DNA of 64,000 nucleotides from Basidiobolus meristosporus CBS 931.73 (taxonomy: Eukaryota > Fungi > Basidiobolomycota), in the NCBI GenBank assembly GCA_002104905.1, contig MCFE01000294.1, forward strand, positions 1 to 64,000, given 5' to 3'. Position numbers and translations under genes: made by a program. Below, in pieces: positions 51,563 through 63,069 of this stretch. The notes under the pieces were generated by a model. The model did not search any database, was not told where the DNA came from, and saw only the letters and a list, made by a program, of their open reading frames with translations. Positions within the stretch are counted from its first letter, which is position 1. Each line of letters begins with the position of its first letter.

Positions 51563-51772
51563 AGACTTGTTCCATTGTGTCATTGATCATAGTGCAAGAA
51601 AGTGCTGCATATTTTGTAATTAAAATGATATTTAGGGTCATATGCATGTCAATTTTGATCCCAAATTGGCACTGTGTGGCACCATCTGGTACTCTGTGGC
51701 ATGATCAGGCACCATCTGGCTTGCTATGGCACTATTGAGCACTATGATCAGCTGGAATGATGGAACAAGTCT
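51563..51772. mobile_element. 210-bp MITE, same family as 36589-37321
   Basis: AGACTTGTTCCAT..ATGGAACAAGTCT termini, about 33-bp imperfect TIRs, 3-bp TSD AAT consistent with the empty site in copy D. Confidence 0.85.
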
Positions 51773-51964
51773 AATGCTTTTATATGACTTTTTGGTTAAT
51801 ACTCATGCAAACTTAAGACAGTTTTGTATTTGAGACATTACACCTACATGAATGTAGGATTCAATGCTGATCTGCCACAGTAAGCATTGTAAATAAAGCT
51901 GTGGTACCACATACACACGTATATGTAACACTATTCACCTTTGGTTTGACTCACTTCCATATAT

Positions 51965-52939
51965 ATGCTGCCAAAAAAATAAAGTAAGGTTGTCTGGTTC
52001 CCATCCAAACCCCACTGCTGATGGCAACAGAAGAATGGTTGGACAACAGCTTGCTTTGACATTCAGTGCAACAAGTGGAGCTACATCCAAAAAAGGTCCT
52101 GTGGACAGTGTGCTCATTAAGGGCAATAATGTGGACTCCTCAGGCTTGCAGTCAAGTAGGCAATTGAGAACCTTGGCAGAGCCACAAGCTGACCTTTATG
52201 CTCAGGCAGATGAGAATGTAGCAAACAAAGTACCCTCAGTTGCAAACCAGCAAGTGGCCATGATAACATCATCACCACCCATATTGGCAAGTATGTTATC
52301 TGCTCATATCAAAGCATTAATGAAGCAATTAGGTGCAGTGGCTGATAGGATAGATGCAACAGCCCAGAGAAATCACAAAATAGTCCAGAAACATAATGAG
52401 CAGATAATACATGTAGGGCAATCAATATCCCAGGTAGATAAAGCAGTATCTTTGCTGCAAAGAAGGAACTCAAGTATCTCAATGTCACAGCCAAGAATTG
52501 AGCCATTACCCAGTGTAACAGCAGAGGAACACTGTACAGTCATTGAAGCACAACAACAGTGCCCAAAGATAAAGCTCACAGAAAAACCTACCACTGTATG
52601 GGAGGGAGACATTGTGGTGTATATACCAAAGCCTAAAAATCAAAAGACATTCAAGATCTGTGAAGCCATTGAGTACAATAATGAAGAGTGGGCTAATATA
52701 CAAGACACCGTCAGAAGTCTAGCACGCCATCACCTTAAGTCTGGCATACCATGGGACCATCAGGACTGAAGGCCAAGCAGAATGCACTTGACCTGTTCCA
52801 TGAGCATTATCCTGGATTCAAACAGGCAAATGGATCTTGGGCCAGCATTGGTATGCTAAGAAAGTATCTTAAGAATAGCAGAAAATATCATAGGCAGAAG
52901 AACAAGGGTGCCACGGCTAAAAACCAGTGGCGATCATGA
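51965..52939 (+). pseudogene. CACTA accessory gene, best-preserved copy (about 325 aa with 2 frameshifts)
   Basis: ATG 51965, ORF 51990-52769 (259 aa) then ..FHEHYPGFKQANGSWASIGMLRKYLKNSRKY. Homologs occur in copies A, D, E, F and G. Confidence 0.8.
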
Positions 52940-55900
52940 TCACATGACATCCCTGGTCTCCAATTGTCTACCCAAATCAAGTCAGTGAAGAAATCCCATT
53001 TCCTTCTAGAAAGTTCTACTACATTCTAGCAGCTTCCTGAAAGCTCCAAGTCATCATTATACAATGGATCATTCTATGGAAGCTTCCCACTAGAACTTAT
53101 GTAGTCCCATGCCATATATGGTACCTACATGTCACATAACCTAGTCACATGATCAGCTGACCCCTGACATATCTCCATGTGATATTCCTGTCTGTTCTTT
53201 AGTATATTCTATCTTGGCACACTTACAGTGCCTCATCCCAGAACCCCATCAGTATTAGCCAATATCTCTTTGCATCCATATTGCCAAAAAGTATATATAG
53301 TCCTATCTTCCTTTATGTATTCCTTAGTCTGATAAACACAAGTCTTGAATAAACAGCCTTGCCTTGGAAATCCACCATGCCTTGGGAACATGCAGTGCCT
53401 TGTTGATCCACACCTAAGTCCTTTCCTGGTCCTGCCTTGTCTAGCTCTACTCTCCTGCCTTGTGTCTATTCATAACAGTTTTATCAGACTGCTCCTGACT
53501 TACCTGTGGATCTCTGCCTTCTACCCAAGGTGCTTGAGAAGAATATGTAAAGGAATACCTACCATAGGTATCACCCTGAATCTTTCCCTGGTCTTGTCCT
53601 CTAAAGGCAAAGATACTTTATCTTTGTAAGATTATTGGCCAAAGCTGCATTCACTTTATTACCCTGCATGTGTAGTTTACAGTTGCTACAGTATTGGAAG
53701 CTTTAGTATAATACTCAATCAAATGATGATAAAGCCTGTACCTTCTGAAGTGATGCTAACTATTCAAAGTTGGGGATAGTGGCTCATTAATTGTATTCTT
53801 GACAAACTAGTGGCATTGTAACCCACAAATTAGTTAGCAATATTCAGTATTCCTGAACAAGTCCAAGAGACTTCTCCACCCCCTGCTACTGTGACATGTC
53901 CAGCCCAGAGTATAACTTTACAAGTCACATGGCTGCCTTTGCCCAGCTGCAACAAGATAATGCAGACCTCAGAAACTCTGTTGCTCAGCTCCAGAGCTAA
54001 AATGCTCAACAGCCTCTCCAGCTCCCTCCTACCATGATCCCAAGATCACTCCCACTACCAAGTTCAGTGGCTCCCAGAATGAATTCAAAGGTTTCAGCAA
54101 CATAGTAAAACACCACTTGTCACTACTACCCAATTGTTTCCAACAGATTAAGCAAAAGTTGGTTATATCTGTAACCTGCTGACTGGAACTGCTCAGAAAT
54201 GGTTCTACCCTTTTGTGCAAACCAACTCCCCTCTACTCAGCAACTACCATGCCTTCCTCACAGAAATGGAGCTAACTTTTGGCAACATTTGCCAAGCCAG
54301 AACTGCTGCTAACAAGAGCAAGCACTTGAAGCTTGGAAACAGACCTGCATCTGTATATGCTTATGAATTCCAGCTACTAGCCAGCAATTTGAGCCTTTCA
54401 GGTAATACTGCCCTAATTAGTCAATATCAAGATGGGCTCAATGATGAAGTCAGTGACCTACTTCTCACTCTCCCTGATCTAACTACCTTGGGTGAAGCTG
54501 CTCATCAAGCAATCCAATGTGAAATTGTCTTTTCCAGGAGAAACAGAAATTCTGACATACTTATCAGCCAACCTCCTTCCCAGTGATCCAGTCACCCAAT
54601 ACTAAGCCTGATGATCCTATACAAATATACTGTGCTAAATATAAGAAGCTCACAAAAAAAATCAATCTAGATGTCATCAGGCAAACCTCTGCCTTTACTG
54701 TGGTCAGCCAGGCCACTTTGCCAAGTCTTGTCCAACCAAGAAGTCCAGCTTCAAGCTCCTGCAATCATCCAGTGAGCAATCTTCTCCTGAGTTATTGGGA
54801 AACTCCAATGTCCAGTTACAATGTCATGCTTGCAACTGGACCCTTCAATGAATATCCAGCACATTCAAGAAATATTATATGCTACCAAGTCCATCCAGTC
54901 CTTAAGAATTCCTGTCAACATCCACCTCCCTGAGTCCAACCCTGTATGTGTCCTTGCCCTCACAGATTCCGGTGCTTCTTCCTGTTTCATTGACCAGTCA
55001 TTTGTCCAAAAGCACAAAATCCCCACTGTCCTGTAATCCTGTTCTGTCCAGGTAGAAGTTATTGATGGAAGGTCCCTCTCTTCTGGTGCTGTTACCCATG
55101 AGATATTGCTACTCCAGCTGTCCAGTACTGGTCACCACAAGACACTAGCCTTCAACATCATCAACTCTCCCCACTACTCCATAGTCCTTAGAAGCTCATG
55201 ACTTAGTCACCATAACCCAGCTATCAACTGGCAGACCAAAATCCTGATATTCCCCAGCATCCACCATGTTAACTCCATGAAACCACCTGATTTTTCAGGT
55301 AAAGAGGTATCCTTTCTTAAGCTACCCCAGATCCAGGGGCCCATCATCATTGAAGGAACCCCCTCCAATCAAATACCTGCCAGGTTTCAAGAGCTTGCCC
55401 ATGTCTTTGACAAGAAGAAAGCCAAACTACTCCCAGCCCATAGACCCTATGATTGTCCCATTGACCTTGAAGAAGGAAAAACCCCACCTTTTGGTCCTAT
55501 ATACAACCTCTTGCGACCCAAGTAGTGAGATCTCCATGGCAATATTCAAGAAAACCTCCAGAAAGGTTTTATTCAGTACTCTAAGTCCCCAGCAGGTACC
55601 CTAGTCCTCTTTGTCAAAAAAAAGGATGGTACCCTACAAATGGATGTAGACCACCATGCACTGAATAAGATCACAATCAAGAACCAGTACTCTTTGCCCC
55701 TGATCAACACCCCTTTGGATTAACTCTCTGCTGCCAAAGTATTTACTAAGATGGACCTCAGAGGAGCATATAACCTTGTCAGGATCAAGCCTGATGATGA
55801 ATGGAAAACTGCATCCAGAACAGGATATGGTCATTTTGAGCATAAAGTTATGCCATTTGGTCTCACCAATACCCCAGCTGTCTTTCAACACCTGATAAAT

Positions 55901-56898
55901 GACATATTCTGAGAATACCTGACCAATTTGAGGTTATCTACCTTGATGACATCTTGATCTACTCAAAGACCCAAGAAGGACATAACTCCAATATCAAGAA
56001 AGTCTTGACCAAACTTGACACTGCTGGCCTCTATGCCAAACTGGAGCAATGTGAGTATGACCAGAAAGAACTTGAGCTTTTAGGTTATCTTATCAGCTCA
56101 AGTGGAACAAGAATGGGCCCCAAGAAAGTAGAAGTCATCCAGTTGTGGAAAACTCTCTGTTCTGTAAAAGAAGTGAAGTCTTTCCTTGGATTTGCCAACT
56201 TCTATTGTAGATTTATTGCCAACTACTACAAGATAGTCACTCCCTTGACAAAGCTAACCCAGAAGAATCTACCCTTTGCCTGGAATGAGGAACAGTCCAA
56301 GTCCTTTGATTCCATCAAGGAATCCTTGCTGTATGCTCCCCTGCTTGCTCACCCTTACCTGGAGAAACCTTTCATCATAGAAACTGATGCCTCTGACTTT
56401 GCATTTGGTCCAATCCTTTCCCAGTACAATGACAAAAATGTACTACACCCTATTGCATTCTACTCCCAGAAATTTACTACAGCTGAAGTAAACTATGATG
56501 TCTATGATAAGGAACTACTTGCAATCATTGTTGCCTTTGAACAATGGAGACACTACCTTGATGGAGCAGCCCAAATGATAAAGATCTTCTGTGACCACAA
56601 GAACCTCAAGTACTTTACTACCTCAAAAGTACTAAACCAGAGACAAGCCAGATGGTCCCTCTTCCTGTCTAGCTTTGACTTTGTCATCATCTATAGACCA
56701 GGTATAAAAAGGGAAAACTGTATGCCCTGTCCAGAAAGGTGGAGTATTCCCTTGAAGAAGGGGATGATCCCTGTTGGCAAATGAAAAACCTGGTACTCAG
56801 CAAAAGACACTTTGAGCTCCTTGCAACCCAGTCCTCCAGTATTATTGCTCCCTCACTCCTTGAGAAAGTCAAGGCCAGCCAAGTCACCAGTTCCATAG
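52940..56898 (+). mobile_element. Ty3/gypsy family 2 (chromovirus/Tf1-like) relic: LTR to 53477, leader, gag, protease, RT, RNase H; cut before integrase
   Basis: LTR end CATAACA 53477, TATA 53292, AATAAA, gag TKFSGS..KVGYICNLLTGTAQKW, CLYCGQPGHFAKSC, TDSGASS, YLDD, ETDASDFA..YDKELLAI. The LTR start is approximate. Confidence 0.88.
53478..53490 (+). promoter_or_regulatory. Self-priming (Tf1-type) primer binding site
   Basis: TTTATCAGACT (53480-53490) is the exact complement of AGTCTGATAAA (53326-53336), about 27 nt after the end of the TATA box. Confidence 0.75.
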
Positions 56899-59800
56899 CC
56901 CCTATGAAAAATTATTGAGATGATACCATCAAAAGGCTGTCACAAAGTTAAAGTCCGGTGACTAAGAGGTACTGATCTTGTCAGGACACCATCCAGAGAC
57001 CATTGAAAATAATTGCACCTCAGATTTCACAAAAAACTTAGTCAAAATTTTTCATTACAACAATGTATGAGTGGCTTTTGAATGGTTCCCTGTCAATTTG
57101 CTCACTTTCTGATCCCAGACACTCTTCTCATCTGCCTGAGCACAATGATCAGCTTATGACTCCACACAGGTTCTCAATTGCCTACTTGACTGAGAGCCTG
57201 AGGAGTCCGCATTATTACCTCCAATGGGCACACTGTCCACAGGGCCTTTTTTGGATGTAGCCCAGCTTGTTGCACTGAATGTCAAAGCAAGCTGTTGTCC
57301 AACCACTCTTTGGTTGCCGTCAGCGGTGGGGTTTGGTTGAGAACCAGACAACTTGGCTTTATTTTTTGGTGTCATATGTATGGAAGTGAGTCCAACCAAA
57401 GTGGAAATAGTGTCACATATACATGTGTATGTGGTGCCACAACTGTATTTATAATGCTTACTATAGCGTGTCATCATTGAATCTTACATTCATATAAGTG
57501 CAATGTCTCAAATCCAAGACTCTCTTGAGTTCACATGAGTATTGACCAAAAAGTGATAGAATAGCATTATGTTGTTGAAGGTCAAACTGTTTGCCCAATG
57601 GTCAAGCCTACTTTGACTCAATGCTGTAAGAGAAGAGAAAAAAGACCATGTGGCTATTGTGGCAAGCCTCTCAGCCATGAAGCATGCGGACAGCATAGGA
57701 AGAATTACAAGAATCACTGCCATTGCTTAGCCACCCAAGTCATATTTGACCATTCATTGGTCACTACAGTACCATCATTATCTTGCTGGCCAGTTGATAC
57801 TTCTATATTGGCACCTGGCTGTCTTTGTCACCTTACACAAACTGAGTCAGGTGAGAGTGTGACACTTTTAGGCTCACCTCAGCCTTCTGAATATGGCATG
57901 TAGAGTGATAGCTCTGACAAAGAAGGTTCATCAATAGATTTTGAGCCTATCTCCCCTAAAAACAGTACCATGTATGTGCCCAGTCAAATCCCTATATGCA
58001 ATAAGACAACACCTGTTGAAACAAATGCCAAGGATACTTTATGGTGCCAAGTGGGCCCAGTAATCCATCTACTGGTGAATGATTCAATGTTGTGGCTAGA
58101 GAAGTGGTGCATTTCCACTAATATCAGTAATGGGGGCTTTGATGATTTATTACTACTTCTTGCCAAAGTCATATAGGGATGCAACTTACCATGTACATGG
58201 CACATGTGGACAACCATCATGTGGCTGGCAACATATAATCCAGAGACTGTCCTGATTCCAGCATGTGTTCACAGTTGCATGGTTTTCACATCCAAAAATG
58301 CTACCATTGCAACATGTCCAAATTATCAGGAATCCACCATCATTGAGGGAAGCATTGTCAACACTCTGGATATATTCCAGTCATACCCTGTCTGAGGAAG
58401 CTGATGCAGTCCAACAAATATTGCAAAGCTATACAGTACTGCACTCAGAATCAATCAAGTGGTTTAGGACTTGATGGATTCTCAATAGAGCAGTACTCTA
58501 CCAGCAAATCCTGCTGGCCACTGATTCTCATCAATCTGAATCTGCCACCTGTCTTATGGTATCAGAGCAATAATCCAATGGTAGTCTCACTAGTATCTGG
58601 GCCTAAATTACCATCCAACCTGGATAGCTACCAGTATCCATTGCTGGTTGGATTTTGTATACTTTCCAGCAGGAGAATGGTAAATGGCCATCACATAAAC
58701 ATGCATATTATTATCTTCATTGGAGATACCCTAGCCATCAGCTAGAAAGCAGGTTTTTCTGGGCACAATGGATGGTATTGCTGTCAAATGTGTGAGATCC
58801 AGGGGATTTACTCCATAACTCACACACATTATTATTACCCAAATACCAGCACTAAGAACATCATCTTTTCACAGAGAGAACATACGGAAGTAAGCATGCA
58901 ATTGCAGCAAAGTTGGCAAGCTATAAGCCATTGGCCAGAATATGAAATCAATCGGAAACCAGAGATACTTGAGATAGAGGGTATCTGTTGGAGCAAAAGC
59001 TTTCCACTGGGAGCACTGCATTTGCTTTTTGACAATATCCCTATACTGATGACCAAGTTGTACATGGGGCATTACAAGCTAAATGACCCCTTCAAGATAC
59101 CTGAGAAATTTGAAAGAATTGGCAAGATATTACAGAGTATCCACTACCCTAAGTACTTCTCACAGGCTCCAATTAATATTCATATGCCTATGCAACAATA
59201 CAAATGCAAAGACTGGATGAACTGGATATGTATTGATTCAAGTTGTGTTCTGATGCCATTCCTACCAAGAGTACATTGGAAGCATTGAGAGTCATATGTG
59301 AACATTGTAGGAATATTTATCCAGAAGCAGATCACCAATGCCAACTAACACATCTACAGTTGTTATGTGAGGTGTTTGTGACAGGATTTGGGTGGCTATA
59401 CTACAAACATAAAGCTGAACGCGTAGATCTCTGCTGCTACTGTATCCATTCTCTACTCCATTTTCTATGGTGTGTGGAGAATATTGGGCCTTGCTTCACC
59501 CTTTGGGAGTTTCCTATTCAGCAGATGTGTGGGGAGATAGGAAGACAAGTCAAGTTGCAGGTACTACCATATCCCAATCTCACCAATAATATTACCTTCA
59601 AGTCTGTCATGATTGTGATGAGTTAGCACATAGATGACAGCCAGAAAGATTTGGCAAATACTGAGCACAAATATGCACATGGAGACACCTATGCCTAGGT
59701 CATTAAGTAGCTAAGCAGCCCCAATGCATGGGTAAACAGTTAAGTAATGCAAAGTTGGGTTGGGTGCAACAAGCAACTAATTTTTATTAGGAAAACTCCA

Positions 59801-60656
59801 CCAAAATATGCTGGATTTTTTGTGGTCACAAGCCAACTTCTACGCCATTCTATATGGAATTCACAAAAACAAAAGCCAGAGTGCACCTATAAGGGGGACT
59901 AGAGTCCAGCAGGGAAAAGGAATATATTGGCTAAATACCAAGAGGTTCTTTGCCAGTATTCAGGAGGTATTCATGGCAGAATTGGCAACAACCAAGCATA
60001 TGTTTGCAAGATGTATATGCTACCAGCAGTACAAGGTATATGGCAACTTTGCAAGTATTGCACTAAAAAGCTGTAAAGTTGAGGTGATAGAAGTATTCTG
60101 TAGTGGTTAGTAAGCAGGAGGCCAAAGTTTTTTTTTATTAAAACTATTTATGGAATACCCAAGGTAGTAGTGGGTAAGCAAATAAAGAAAGATGATTCTA
60201 CAGTGGAATATATGAATTGCACAAGGGGAGGTAGAAAAAGGAAATACCATTTGGTAAATTGGTACGGTAGCATTATACAGAATCAGCGGTAGGATGTCAT
60301 ACTGCCAAAAAAATGTGATCAGAGTCTTGCTGTGAGGCCGTCAAAATGATGTCAAGTTTCTTGCCATATAAGGTAATTGGAAGTCCTGGTCAACTGGATC
60401 CACTTAAAATAGTAATAGAGCACTGAAAGACCACAACAATACTATGCAAATATTCTCTCAGCACCAATTAAAAATTGTCAAGTTTTACCCCTTTATTTGG
60501 CTGTAAAATTTGCAAAACACCATGATGATCTCATTACAAGATTGTCAGGAGGGTCACTAATTCCAATCTGCTTTTATTATAATGGTCTCTAAATGGGATC
60601 TTGATGGATGATCCAGATTGGATCCACCTGCGGGATCAAATTATTTTTCATAGGGG
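56899..60656 (+). mobile_element. CACTA copy D with both terminal inverted repeats; accessory gene mostly deleted
   Basis: CCCCTATGAAAAATTATT at 56899 and AATTATTTTTCATAGGGG ending at 60656. Accessory 5' part on the minus strand 57150-57375, transposase relic on the plus strand 57535-60480. No TSD match. Confidence 0.9.
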
Positions 60657-61526
60657 CTGCTCTGACAGGAGCCCAGCACAACTACAGTTGAGAGCTGAAA
60701 ACAAGCCAAAAAGAAAAGTCAGGTTGCCAGAAGAGTGTCAGTAAGGGACAAGCAGGCCAAAACACATGTGTCAGAGCAAAGTTTATCCAGGAGAAAACGT
60801 AGTTCTTTACAAGAAGCACTCAGACAAAGTAGCAGTGAAAGACCTGGCAGTGACAAAGGTAAAGGTAATGGTAAAAATGTCTACCCAAGCCTGAGAGAGG
60901 GAGGCATGCAAAAAAAACTGCAAAGACTAGCAGATGAGGAGCTAGACCTTGCAGTGCCAGCTGAAGACCAGGATGTGTGGGAACCAGTGAATGAACAGTG
61001 CATAAAGCTGTTGGGTTCCTGCTGGAGTCATTGAGATAGAGCATCACAGCAGAAATAACTATTGAGTAGTGGATTTCAAAGGAGTTACTTGTTGAGTGTG
61101 GGGTTGGGCTCAATGTCAGTGTAGGGTATAGGGACTTGTATAGGTCAATACAATTGGCAATCAAGGTATAACTGAAGTTTCAACAGAAATAAATCAATTT
61201 GTATGCATGAAAAGTAAGAGAAACAGTTGAGTTAGGAAGTAAGGAGTGTGAAAAAGAGGTAATAGCCAATCAATGCACACAAATCTAGGAGGCAATAGAG
61301 TGTCCAGGATCAGAAAGTGAGCAAATTGGCAGGGAACCAATCAAAAGCCACTTTTACATTGTTGTGGTGAGAAATTTTGACCAAGTTTTTTGTGAATTCT
61401 GGGGTGCAATTATTTTTCAACAATCTCTGGATGGTGTGCTGATGGAATCAGTACCTCTTAGTCACGGGACTTTAACGTTTTGATGGCCTTTTGACAGGAT
61501 CATCTCAAAAGTTCTTGTTAAAGCTA
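60657..61526. mobile_element. CACTA copy E fragment (accessory 3' region plus subterminal block and degenerate TIR)
   Basis: 60700-60860 is homologous to 12720-12940. 61300-61526 is the reverse complement of the left subterminal region 56899-57130. Confidence 0.7.
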
Positions 61527-62973
61527 GAAGCCTTCCATATACATAACTCAAGGTCAAGTCTTCAGTTCAGGACTCTAGGGCTTTTACAAGGCCCTGCAAC
61601 ATGTCTGGCAGGTTGTTCAGGATGGTTGCTATCACATCCTCCTTAGTAGTTGGTACACTCATAGATTCCATCTCTTCCACCAGCAGTGCAATTCTATTGA
61701 CAGGATTTTTCATTTCTTCTCCTGGCAGCACTTTTAGTAAAGAATCTTTGTCTCAGATACATTTTCTTAGTAGCAGAACTTGACTGGCAGGTGACTTCTG
61801 ATGACTTCCAGGCATTCTTTGTGGCTTTTGCTCTTGAGCATTGAACCGATAATTTGTCTTTAACAAACTTATGCTCTTTTTGCTGACTATCTCTCTTTTT
61901 CAAGCACTTTTCTTTTGCAGTAGCTGCAAAGCAGGTTGCTATTGCCTTCAAAGGCTCTTGGGTATCTTCTTTGTTGGTTATCATTGCTTATTAAGGAATT
62001 TTCTTCTTCCTTCTTATTTGCCCTTGATTTCTGCAATTCTTCATCCAGATGCCATCCATAGAAGTAATTCAAGGTCAAGTCTTCTTTTCTGGACTGTTGG
62101 ACTGATACAAGGTCCTAAAATATGACTGTCAGGCTATTCAGGATGGTAACCAACAAATTCTCATCAGTATTAGGTACACACACATATTTCATCTCACCCA
62201 GCAGCAAAGTAATTTGGTTAATTAGATTTTGCATTTCTTTTCCCAACAGCATTGTTGTGGTAAAGAGTATTTTGTCCCAGATACATTTTCTCAGCCACTG
62301 GACATGACTGGCAAGTGTCCTCTCATGCCTTCCAGGCATTCTTTACTATTTTGCACTTGAGCATTGAACTAGCAATTTGTCTTGGACATTAAGGCACTTG
62401 CAGTTTAGTGCACTTTGTCTTTCTTCTGCTACTTGAGGGCTTCCTCTCCCAAGTTCTTAGGAGGGTATTCTTCTCCCATGACAATACCCCAAAGGCATCC
62501 TTCTTGTAGCATCATCTTTGTCTTCACCTTCCATACTTGGTAGTTGGACCCATCCAACCTTTCAGCAGAGGGGAAAATTCCAATAATAGCAGTAGTAGAC
62601 ATTGCAGAGAGTGACAGCTTGGGGCACATAGCCACTTGTAAGAGTCTTGAAGATATTGGAGGTGATTGGGTATATAGGTCGATAATGTGGTTTTCACTTT
62701 TGATTTGTTAAATATTAAAGGAGTATATTTATGCTTATATGGTCTTGGCATAGCAAGCATGTAGAATAGGCTTAGGAAGTTCCCAAGAGCATGTGTATAA
62801 AGCTTAAGGCTGCTTATACAACTTTGAGAATTTTCATGTTCTGATGTTTTGGTGAAAATATTCCAAGTAAATCCCAACAAAGAATCTGGTCAGTATTCTC
62901 TATGATCTGAAGGTAATAATCTAGGTGACTAAGTTTTGTGGATATTTGGGAGGAATTCCTAACTTTTACACCA
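61527..62973 (-). mobile_element. copia family 3 5' LTR (62634-62973) + PBS + gag with an internal duplication
   Basis: MSTTAIIGIFPSAERLDGSNYQVWKVKTKMML. Gag segment 62080-62380 is repeated at 61530-61870. Degenerate PBS 62621-62633. Confidence 0.85.
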
Positions 62974-63069
62974 GAAATTGTGGCAGAGTATTGTAGGAAT
63001 TCCAAAATGCCATTTCTGACAGGGTTTGGATGCAAATTAGCCATCTTGATCTAGCTCTAATACAACTTT

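Larger units (their letters stand above)
48216..52939 (-). mobile_element. CACTA copy C (transposase on minus strand 48216-48399 and 49360-51806; accessory gene on plus strand 51965-52939)
   Basis: ORF 50254-51087 (LWLEKW..YDPETVLIPAC..ALDGF..CIGDTPAISQIAGFS), ORF 49343-49744 (GPCFTFWELPTERMCG), accessory ORFs 51990-52769 and 52751-52939. Confidence 0.88.

Noticed and set aside
51668-51747. Short repeat array as a possible CRISPR
   Set aside because: Tandem 10-mers without unique spacers, in a eukaryotic context, with no cas genes.
56899-60656. Copy D as a clean insertion with a TSD
   Set aside because: The left flank is Ty3 pol and the right flank is a CACTA accessory fragment. No duplication matches, so a later rearrangement is implied.
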